A stretch of DNA of 64,000 nucleotides from Eutreptiella sp. 'Long Island Sound 2002' (lineage: Eukaryota > Protista > Euglenida). The stretch is from positions 14,260,001 through 14,324,000 of the forward strand of contig OZ038379.1 in NCBI GenBank assembly GCA_964036045.1, in the 5' to 3' direction. This document shows, in pieces, positions 12,001-21,372 of the stretch. Position 1 is the first letter of the stretch. Every line of letters starts with the position of its first letter. The translations under genes were made by a program, and so were the position numbers. Under the pieces are notes generated by a model that worked only from the letters and a program-made list of their open reading frames with translations, made no database searches and was not told the DNA's origin.

Positions 12001-15000
12001 TCGTGAACATGAGCGCTGGTGCGCACGCGCTGTTCACTGGGAACTTCGACGGCATGAATTGGATGCACGAGGAGGAGGCCCTGACGAAGCACCGCATCGC
12101 AGGCCAGGGTATGCTCAGTGCCGGTAACATCACCGTCGACACCGCCGTGACCCATTTTGCAGGGGCTCTGTGGAGCTATGGCCCGTTGGCCTTCCTGAAG
12201 AGCAACATGGCCAAGGTCGTGCTAGGGTCCGTCCTGCCGAAGGACTGTGTTGATGAGTTCGCTGAACTCGCTCGGGCCGACATGGAGGAGGAGATGTCCA
12301 GCGCCCGCCGGCTGCTGCAGGTGCAGGACAAATGTGTGGCGTACACCCAGCACCTGATCGGCGGCCTCGGCTTTCTCTCGATGGGCAACGTCAGCGTGGA
12401 CGCCGGGGCCGATGCCACCTTCGAGGGGCCGTTCGACCACCAGGGCCCCGGCATCGTCAACGTCAGCGCGGGCGGGCACGCGAGGCTCACCGGCAACTAC
12501 GGCGACGCTGTCATCGACTGGAAGCAGGGCGCTGAGGCCCTCGTGAAGCACTTCATCGGGGCCATGGGTCTGGCCAGCGCCGGCAATCTGTCGTTCGTGA
12601 CCTCCGTCACCGAGTTCATGGGGCCGCTTCTGAGCCATGGGCTGCAGGCGTACCTGCAGAGCGAGGACGCGATAGTGGTGCTGGGCTGCGGGGAGGAGGA
12701 TCCGATGATGCAGGCGCTCGTGAGCGACGAGGACCGTGTGAAACACCGAATCGGCGGCCTGGGATGGAGGTCCATGGGCAACATCAGCGTCCGAGGCGGC
12801 GCAGACGTCACGTTGGAGGGCCCTCTGACCCACGAGGGCGAGGGGCTGATCACGCTGGCGGAGCGGGCCTTGATGATGATCACCGGCCGGTACAACGACC
12901 TGCCCGACTCATTCCTGTCGATGGAGGACTTTGTGGAGCACAGCGTCGCGGGGTTGGGTATGAACAGCTCCGGCGACGTCACCGTCGACTGGGCCAAGAT
13001 GGTGTTCGCCGGGCCGCTGTGGAGCGACGGCGTGGGGGCGTTCCTGCAGAGCCGCAACGCGGTGGTGGAGTTTGGCGCCGGGCTGCCCCGGAGCTGCGCG
13101 GACGAGTTTGCGGCGTTCTCCATCGTCCGCGGCGACGACGAGCGGGGGTCGAGCGCGCGGCAGCTCCTGCAGATCCGCGACGAGTGCGTCAGCGACCTCG
13201 TGCGGCACTTCGTCGGGGGCCGCGGGTTCCACTCCATGGGCAACCTCAGCATTGAGGTCGGGGCCGAGACCACGTTCTCGGGCCCGCTCAACCACAGCGG
13301 CCAGGGCTTCTTCCGCACGGCCGCCGGGGGACACGCGGTTTTCGGCGGCGACTACTTCGGGGACGACTGGCTGACAGACGCCCTGTCGCTCGTGCAGCAC
13401 CTCGTCGCTGGCGGCGGCATGCACAGCGCCGGCAACGTCACGTTCCAGACCTCCCGGACGCGGTTCGCCGCCCCGTTGGTGAGTCGCGGTGCCCTCGCGT
13501 ACCTGTTCAGCAGCGACGCCGCCGTCGAGTTCGCGTCGCCACTGCCCGAGGACTGCGTGCTGGAGTTCACGGAGTTGTTCTCCCGCCCGATGCCAATGTC
13601 GGACGCCTCCTTCCCCGGCGACGAGGAGTTCTCCTACGCCCGCCGGCTCCTGCAGACGCGGGGTGACTGCATCCGGGAGGCCACCAAACACGTTATCGAC
13701 GGCCTTGGCTTCTTGTCCCGCGGCAACATCAGCATTGCCCCCGGCGCCGAGACCACATTCCGCGGCCCTCTGACCCACATGGGCACCGGCTACGTCACCC
13801 TGACCCCCGGCGCGCACGCGCGGTTCGCCGGCTCCGAGGACGAGGATGACCGCGAGGACTGGTACCCGGGACTGCCCGGGGCCGTGTGGCACACCATCGC
13901 CGGGCGCGGCATGTCCAGCGGCGGCAACATCTCGTTCCAGACCTCCACGACCACGTTCGAGGGCCCGCTGTGGAGCGAGGGCCTGCTGCGCAGCGTCAAC
14001 GCGCTGGTCACGCTGGCCTCGATGCTGCCGGACGACTGCGTCGAGGCGCTGGCCAGCGTCGGGGACATGGAGGACATGGACGACGCCGCGGCAAAGATGG
14101 GCCAAATTGGGGCCGAGTGCTTCGAGGGGATCGAACACTTCATCGGCGGCCTCGGGTTCGAATCCCGGGGCAACCTCAGCATCGGCGTCGGAGGGCGCGC
14201 CCAGTTCCAGGGCCCGCTCTCCCACGAGGGCGACGGCCTCGTCGACGTGCTGGTCGGCGCCGCGGCACTGTTCGCGGAGGGCGACTTCCCCGTGGCCCAC
14301 TTCGTCGGGGGCCGCGGCATGCGGAACCGCGGCAACGTCACCATCGGCGCCGCGAACATGACGTTCCAGGGGCCGCTGCACAGCGCCGGGGTCGCGGCCG
14401 TTCTGGAGTCCCTCGAGGGCGCGTGGGTGCACTTTGCCGGGCAGACCCGGGACGTGCTCGCGCTCCTCGACGACTTCGCTCCTCGACGACTCTACGACTT
14501 CTCCTTTGACCTGCCGGACGAGGCTTTCACGCACCACCGCGTGGGAGGCCGGGGCTTCCGCAGCCACGGCAACTTGACCTGCGGGAGCGGCGCGGCCCTG
14601 ACCGTCGACGGCGCGCTCCGGCACTACGGCGACTACCTCGCGACCGCGAACGCGTCGCGGCTGGTGCTCTCCGGCTCCGGCGTCGGGGAGGTCGTCCGCC
14701 ACGTCGTGTTCGGGCGGCGCTTCGAGAACAGCGGGAACTCGACCTTCGAGAACTCCAACACAACGGTCCGGTCCATCCTCCAGAGCACCGGCAAACTCTT
14801 CGTGTCCCGCACCGGCGTCCTCACCATCACTGACCCCTGCGACGACACCGTCGACACCGGCGACGACGCCACGCTTGGCGCCCGGCAGCTGCTGCAGACG
14901 GACTGCACCGCGGACCCGCACACCATCGCCGGATCCGGCCTCGCGTTCGAGGGCGCGGTCACCTTCGACTCCGGGTCTGAGACGCTCGCGACCGGGCCCG

Positions 15001-15347
15001 TCGAGGGCTCTGGGCCGATGAGCGTCAAGGGGAAGCTGACGTTGAGCGGCACGAACGTGGAGCACAAACTGACGGGACCGACCGAAGTGAGTGGGCGGTT
15101 GGCAGTGGGTGAGGACACGAAGTTCGTGTTGGAGGCGGTGCTGACTCTGCAGCCTGGCGCCGTCTTCGAGCTGCTGTTCGGCGAGGAGACGACCGGGGCC
15201 GTGCTGGTGATGGGTCACGCGCGGAAGCTGCTGCAGACGTCGGCGGCGGTGCAGGCCCAGGCCACGGTGGAGAGCATTGCCGCGGGCACTGATGCCAGCA
15301 ATCCGGCCATCGTGGACATCAGCCTGACGACGGTGCCCACCCTGCAG
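3..15347 (+). CDS. Giant exon (5' end outside window) of a very large modular secreted-type glycoprotein / putative polyprotein: ~33 beta-solenoid-like modules separated by RxLL-type loops
   Basis: Stop-free frame from nt 3 to 15347. The ATG at 9 is internal, as the same EGMISEG context recurs at 2364. Repeats HxxGGxGFxSxGNISIxxGAxTTFxGPLNHTG and HxVxxxGMxSAGNITxxxxVTTFxGxLxSDG, with many N-x-S/T sequons. Ends CAG|GTGCGG (phase 0), followed by non-coding CT-rich DNA. Confidence 0.93.
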
Positions 15348-15359
15348 GTGCGGTGTTTC

Positions 15360-15760
15360 AGCCTCCTTAGCCCTCCTCTGTCCTCTCTAGCACTCTGCAG
15401 CCCTTTTCAACTCTCCCAATCATCCCTCTATACCCAATCCTTCCCCACTACCCTGTCTCTACAACCCTCTTCAATCCTCTCCAATCCTCCAAGACCCCGT
15501 TCAACGTTATCCAATCCTCTGCTATTCCTCTCTATTCTTGTGCGTCCTTTCCACTCCTCCTTCATCCTCTCCAGTCATTGCCATTCCATTCCAATCCTCT
15601 GCATTCCTTTCCATTCCGCTCCAGCTGTTTTTCCCGCTCTTCGCTGCTCCACGATCATCCCCCTCTCCAGATCCTCTCCATTCCTTATACGCAGCCATTT
15701 TCCACCCTCTTCATCACCAGGTTTTCTCCAGCTGTTAATATCCCACTGCAACCCTGTCCA
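15360..15760 (+). repeat. Pyrimidine (CT)-rich low-complexity stretch at the start of intron 1
   Basis: Abrupt switch from GC-rich codons to a C/T-dominated sequence right after the GT donor at 15348; the translation becomes S/P/L/F low-complexity. Confidence 0.8.
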
Positions 15761-15810
15761 ATCAGGAGAGATACAAATAATATCATCTCCGATGATGACG
15801 TTATGTAAAT

Positions 15811-15951
15811 CTGAGTACCGCAGTCCGGAAAACTGAGTGTGTACTCAGTTTAATGGTGTTATCATTATTCTCGTAAATAATATTTGTCATTATTCTCGTA
15901 AATAATTATAATAACCCGAGTATACTCAGTCTCACACCGTTCTGTACTCAG
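15811..15951. mobile_element. Small AT-rich MITE-like palindromic element in intron 1
   Basis: Terminal inverted CTGAGTAC...GTACTCAG; internal 9-bp hairpin AAACTGAGT-gtgt-ACTCAGTTT (15830-15851); TCATTATTCTCGTAAATAAT present twice. Confidence 0.45.
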
Positions 15952-16091
15952 TTTCCCCCTGTCCAATTCTCTACAACACTCTAAAGCTTCGTTATGTTCA
16001 GATTCATTAGCTTTCATGTGTCAAGCTGTTGGACTGTCTGACCTTCGAAAACTATGCCACTGTTCCCACATGTGCCCCCATCTTTCGGCAG

Positions 16092-16273
16092 GAGCCCCCT
16101 CTTGAGGTGACTGCACAGACCTGCGACCAAATCATCAATCTGGCCAATGTCGAGATGAAGGTCGGCCTGAGCTCCGCAGTGCGGGACGAAATTTTGGCAG
16201 TGTCCCCGTACACGGGACGCAGCAAAGTACCACTCGTGTACTGTGGTGCCACCACGAGCTCTTCAGTGCGCAA
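16092..16273 (+). CDS. Exon 2 (in-window numbering) of giant gene: EPPLEVTAQTCDQIINLANVEMK...TTSSSVRK
   Basis: CAG acceptor at 16091 in phase 0 matches the exon 1 donor; AA|GTATGT donor in phase 2 matches the next exon. Confidence 0.75.
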
Positions 16274-17097
16274 GTATGTGTACCAGTGTGGACTCATGCA
16301 TGCGCTTGGACTCACACCTACCCCCTTGTCTTTGGCGTGCGTGTATGCGTGCACTGCGGGGCCCTCCATGACCGCCAGGGTGGACGCCCACAGGGAGTGC
16401 ACAGCGCTCATCGAGGGGGGGGGGGCTTGGGGAGGGGTTTTGCCACACGTAAAGTACAGGCATCACGTTGGTCAGTCCATAGCCATAGCAAGCTCGCCCT
16501 TGCGCAGGGAAGGGGTGCATGATGCGGGGCTGCAGGGCGCGGTAGGGCACAAGCATGCACTGTGCATGGTCTTTTCGTGTCGTGTCGTGCTGAGAGGGAG
16601 GCCGCTATGAGCTTGATGAAAATGTTGGGCGTCGCATACACACACACCGTAGTCCTTCGCCCTTTGTTCGACAGTCGAGTGCCTCTGAGTGAAACAAGCC
16701 CTGCTGGACGGCTTGTTGAACATTGTGAGTCCTTGGGAGGCTCTGTGCACACTTTTGGCCCTCCAGCCACATCCTGTCCGGCATCGCACATGCATGATTT
16801 TGTTTGCCCATGCCGAGTGTGCACAGCTTTGGCAACCCACACTCCACATTCCCAACTGCACGAAGAAGTTTTGTCTGCTTTGTGCCACATGTGCATATCC
16901 GCTTTGCGCATACAGTATTGATGCCCCCCCCCCCCCTCGGGCTCAGTGCTCGGGCTCCAGGTCCACAGACCCCCAGCCCAGGGGATGCAGAGCACAGTCC
17001 ACGAGCAGCATGCACCCTCCCACCACGCAGGCAGGCTGCTGCCACGCAACCTCAATTCTGGCTTTCACTCAGCCTCCTGCCCCATCCCGCTACACAG

Positions 17098-17270
17098 GTT
17101 GATGAGCATCGCAGATGCTGGCGGTCTCTACATTTACACCACGACGTCGGCGGGTGTGGAGGTGAACATTTCCGCGGAGTTCTCCCTTGAAGTGGTCAAT
17201 GGGTACATCCAGCTGTCCAACACCGGTCGCGTGTTCGACCTCACAACAGGGATCCTGTCCACTGTGTCCG
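17098..17270 (+). CDS. Exon 3: LMSIADAGGLYIYTTTSAGVEVNISAEF...TGILSTVS
   Basis: Pyrimidine tract plus CAG acceptor in phase 2 (AA|G = Lys); G|GTATTC donor in phase 1; protein-like, GC3-rich. Confidence 0.8.
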
Positions 17271-17898
17271 GTATTCATCCTCCCGCCTCCTTCATCCCCC
17301 CCAGTCCATCCAAAGGCACATTCTGCCGCCGCCATCTGTTCGTTCGTTTTCAGGATTTCGTCTGTGTTGGCCTGACAGTCCATTTTTGTTAAGTGCTTGC
17401 CAACCAAAGGCAGATGGTGCCTGATAAAATTGAGCATTGATCAATAAGAAAGGCCCCCTTGTAGGACATGAGCAGATTGCGGGCGAATGAGGGATGGTAG
17501 GACACGGACAGCGTGCAGGCTAAAAGCACAATAACAGCTTGCAGGCCACCTTCTCAGCATATTGAATGAAATGACTCTGTGACATCAAGCAATATCTCCA
17601 ACCAGAGCCACAACCCTCCACAACCCACGCCCTGTGCTATGCCCCCTATTTCCCCATTTCCCCCCCTTCCCCCACATTTCCCCCATTTTCCAAAACTCCA
17701 AAATCCTGGTTTGGTGAGTTGGTGAGTTCGGTGGCGGTTAGTGCGGATCCTTGCGAGAGGGGGCTGCTGCTGTGGTGCCTGCGGTTCACAGTGCCATGGA
17801 GGGAAAATTTCACATGGCTGGGGGAGGTTTGTGAGACCGAGTACATATTCCCCCCCTTTTCCTGTGCATCCCAACCCGCAAGTGCAACATACTGCCAG

Positions 17899-18051
17899 GG
17901 GGCAGTCAAGGAGCAACAAGCCAAGAAGAAGCGCGGGGCGCCTTAGCCCCACTGGAGGCTACCGGAAGTCCACAGCGGAAGTGGCAAAGTACAATGCCGT
18001 TCAAAAGGCAACGTTCGAGCTTGTGGTGGTGCAATAGCGTTTTCAGTACAG
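17899..18051 (+). CDS. Possible symmetric (phase 1/1) exon GSQGATSQEEARG...NSVFST
   Basis: CCAG acceptor and CAG|GTGGGC donor enclose an open frame; it can be skipped without breaking the frame, so it is not required. Confidence 0.35.
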
Positions 18052-18472
18052 GTGGGCTCCCGGATCGTCCCGGGCGTCTGCACACACTGGGTAGGCTGGC
18101 AGGGGTATTGTCCCTGATGGACTTGCACATCTGCAGCCCCTTTCCCGCTGTGGTTTGGACACAGACAAAATGGCAAACCACCAGAACGATGTTGCTTCTA
18201 CAGGGGGGGGGGTCTGAGCTGCAGTTGCCAGGGCCAGGGCCAGGGCCAGGGGTGGGGGAGGCTGGTGGGAAAGTTGATCGTGTTAGTGCTGTGCTTGCAT
18301 GTTGCACGGTTGCCATGCTGCCTCTATGCCACCCCTGGCACGGGCCCTGGGTACGGCACAGGGGGTAGACCAATCAACGAGCAGATACGCCACAGGAACA
18401 GCTGTTGGCCCGTGCCCCGCATCGGCTGATGTGCTGGACCCTGCTTCCCCATACTCCATTGCATTTTCACAG

Positions 18473-18675
18473 AAAACATTGGAAATGGCTTCGAGGTGTT
18501 GTCCCGGCTGCTGGCGCCCTACAAGTATTTGCAGCAGTACAACCTCACCAACATCTACAACATCCCGAATCTCACCTTCGCCTTGATGAACGGCAGGAGC
18601 AACGCCACGCGCCGCCTCAATGCCACCAAGGACACTGCCATTGACATCCCCCCCACGTGGAAGCAGGCCCCCGGG
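18473..18675 (+). CDS. Exon 4: ENIGNGFEVLSRLLAPYKYLQQYNLTNIYNIPNLTF...WKQAPG
   Basis: TTTTCACAG acceptor in phase 1; GGG|GTATGG donor in phase 0; N-glycosylation sequons; high GC3. Confidence 0.85.
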
Positions 18676-18883
18676 GTATGGCATGTAAGACGGTTGGTTT
18701 CCCGTTTTGCGCAGGGGCTGTGCCTTGGGTTCAGGCTTTGGGTCGGACTGTGGCATGGATGACGTGCGTGCGGCACTTGGCTTGGGTTTTGGTGATGGTA
18801 AGGGTTCGGATTGTTGGTGCGTGGCGTTGTATTGGGGTCCCGGCTGACCTCCAGGTAGGCACGCCTTTGTTGCTGGTCTGCAG

Positions 18884-18983
18884 GTTGACAAGTCTGTGGT
18901 GTCGGTTGTGTCGGCACAAAACATCGGCATGATCGGCGAGACGCTGTCCAACTCCTACGGAGTGCAGACCAGTTCCATTGTCG
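18884..18983 (+). CDS. Exon 5: VDKSVVSVVSAQNIGMIGETLSNSYGVQTSSIV
   Basis: CTGCAG acceptor in phase 0; G|GTATGT donor in phase 1. Confidence 0.8.
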
Positions 18984-19288
18984 GTATGTTTGGCATGGTT
19001 GCCCTCCTGGTGCTCCGGCAGATCGCAAGCCGCCCGATCACGTGCGATTTCTGCCCATGTCCGAATGCCCCGATGCCTCCATGCCTTTGACTCCTGCAGC
19101 ACATCGTTCCTATCCTGGTCGCTCTCTACTCCTCCGCGCCCCCCTCACACCCCCCCCCCCCCGTGCCTTCAGCTTTTCATGCCCCTGCCCCCCCCCTTGC
19201 GGCCCAAGCCCATACTTCGTCTCCCCAAACAGGGAGACAGGCCCTGTCTTCAACTCGCAGGCCCTCCGAGCAAAGAGGACGTGACCAG

Positions 19289-19444
19289 TGGGTTGTCTCT
19301 TCTCTGACAGGCTCAACAATGATAGTTGCGTCGTCTCAACGGTGGGGGGAATCTCTGGGGGTAGGCCACCATGGGGCAACCTCTCGGTTTCCGAGCGTAG
19401 TTTCAAATGGTGGCCCATGGTGATGGTGGTGCAGAAGGTGTACG
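19289..19444 (+). CDS. Probable exon 6, boundaries uncertain: (V)GCLFSDRLNNDSCVVSTVGGISG(GRPPWGNLSVSERSFKWWPMVMVVQKVY)
   Basis: Open protein-like frame; phase-1 acceptor at 19288 and phase-1 donors at 19361 (GTAGGC) or 19445 (GTGTAC) fit the flanking exons; a stronger acceptor at 19310 is phase 2. Confidence 0.45.
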
Positions 19445-19571
19445 GTGTACGTCGTGTCAGATGTGTTTTGCTTTTCATGTCTCCCTGAGACGGCAGGGGG
19501 TACGTCGCCATTTTGATTCCCCCGGTATCATGCTCTCCTCCATCCCATCCCGAGCATTGCAAAGGTATGTA

Positions 19572-19810
19572 CAGGGGGGGGGGGGGGGGTTTCGCGGCAG
19601 TTTAATTTTGCGTGGGAAATTTCGCGTTTCGAATTGACCGCGAAATTTCCCACCGAAATTCAGGGGTTTCCGAAATTCTCGCACACCAGCAGTACACACT
19701 GTGGACTCTGGCGGGGGGTGATACACTCAACCCAGGGGGCTCCGCGAAATTTCCCACAGTGAAATTTACCACCGCGAATTTGACTTGGCGCGAAACCCCC
19801 CCCCCCCCTG
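19572..19810. mobile_element. Tc1/mariner-type MITE with poly-G/poly-C TIRs and TA target duplication
   Basis: TA|CA-G16-TTTCGCG ... CGCGAAA-C13-TG|TA; several internal copies of CGCGAAATTTCCC in both orientations. Confidence 0.8.
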
Positions 19811-20375
19811 TACGTTTGGTACCCCCCCCCCCTGCCATCAAAAGGTGAAGTATGTGGTACGTACACCTGGAAGTACCAACCGGCATACTCGAGTCTTCCC
19901 CCCCCCCCCCCCTCCCACTCCCGGGCGGTTGGGGGGGGAGTCGCGTATCAACCCCAGACATCGTCTCGCTGTCGTGTAGGCACTCTGAGAACACGCGCAT
20001 GTTCTTTCCGGGGCGTTTATTCCCCATGTTGTCCCACTGCACGCTTTGTACCCGGTGTTGGCAGGAGGCCCTTGCGAAGTGAGGTCCTGTGGATCTAAGG
20101 GCGGAAAAGGTTTGCGTACCTAAAGTCGGACGCAAATTTTTTTCTGCCCCTTTAATGAGTTCCATTTTTTGTCTCTGATGTGGGTGGGTAGGTTCCGGTG
20201 GAATGCATCCCCCTCCCCCCCCCGGGGGGGGGGGGGGTTCGAGCCATCGTGTTGGTATTTTCTATGCTCAAACGAAAGGGAGTGGGACCAATCGGGACCA
20301 CAGAGTACTGGGGCACAATCTGTTTTGATGTGTTTTCCGCACGAGGGAACGCCCCGCGCCATCGCACGCGTGCAG

Positions 20376-20667
20376 GTGACGTGATGTCCATCGAGCGCCA
20401 CGACAGCACCGGCGCCATCATCACCAACGCGCCCTTCACGTACAACCTCTACGCGCCGGGCGTGACCGGGATGCTGCAGGTGTACCGGTGGCCCGCCGGG
20501 GGCCGGGCGGCGCGCAGCGTTGTGGCCGAGGGGGGCACAGTCACCCGCTGTGCCAGTGCGGCGTGCGGCGGGCCCGGGTGGTGGACCGTGACCGCCGTGG
20601 GCACGTCCGTGTTCGCGGCCGTCGCGAACACCAACAACTTCATCACGTCCGTGTTCCCCAACGACCG
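20376..20667 (+). CDS. Exon 7: DVMSIERHDSTGAIITNAPFTYNLYAPG...TSVFPNDR
   Basis: TGCAG acceptor in phase 1; CG|GTATGT donor in phase 2; very GC-rich coding-like sequence. Confidence 0.85.
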
Positions 20668-21184
20668 GTATGTCCGCGGCCCGTGTTCCGGGGGGTTGCC
20701 GTTGCTGCCGACGCCCGTGTTCAGAGCCGCCGCTGGTGCTCGTCCCTCGTGCGTGTGTCGAAACATTGTGTGGCGCCCGCCGAACACGTTGTCGCGCTCG
20801 CCGGGCAGAACCAGGGCCTCAACCCTCGACTCTCTTCGCTGGTTCGTGTGGATGGTGTTGGGGGCGGTGGTTCAGAGATGATGGCGTGCGGGGGTTTGGG
20901 ACATTTTTTGGTTTTGGGCGTATTGATGTACATTATTGTACATTGGGTAGGGGGTTGCCTGATGATGGAGGGTAGAGCAGGTCTGAACTGCGGTGATGGC
21001 CTCTTGTAGGCGATGTGAACTCCACGACGCTGAGCAACCGGTGGAGGGGGGCCAACGGCGTGTGAGTGTACAAGGGGTCGAATCCAATCCGGGCCACCGT
21101 CGGTCAATCGATTTCGCAGCGAGAGAGCCGTGCACGCAGGACACACGCCCTCAACGCCTCGTGGACTGTCTGTGTGTTTTTCAG

Positions 21185-21372
21185 GTACTCCGTGAGCGCC
21201 GTCACGGTGCAGGTGGACCTCAACGTCACGGATGTCAATGCGCTGGTGTTGAACCTCCCACACGCCTTCAGGCTGCACGCCTGCGAACAGGGCCAAGAGG
21301 CCTCCTGCGTGTCCAACAGCACCCTCACTTACGAGAACGGCACCGAGATCCCGCACAATGCCAGCGTTGCAG
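21185..21372 (+). CDS. Exon 8: YSVSAVTVQVDLNVTDVNALVLNLPH...IPHNASVA
   Basis: TTTTTCAG acceptor in phase 2 (CG|G = Arg); G|GTCCTG donor in phase 1. Confidence 0.85.

Noticed and set aside
12909-15218. 769-aa and other long antisense or off-frame ORFs over the giant exon
   Set aside because: Shadows of GC-rich, biased-codon coding sequence; they repeat with the sense modules and show no independent features.
3-15347. Calling the gene a bacterial autotransporter, ice-nucleation or RTX protein
   Set aside because: No beta-barrel domain, RTX nonapeptides or INP octapeptides; spliced eukaryotic 3' exons; only one short PATR-like segment.
15348-15836. C-terminal ~160 aa of the 5275-aa ORF-track protein
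   Set aside because: Begins at a GT donor and is CT-rich low-complexity; a phase-compatible exon follows at 16092, so this is intron read-through.
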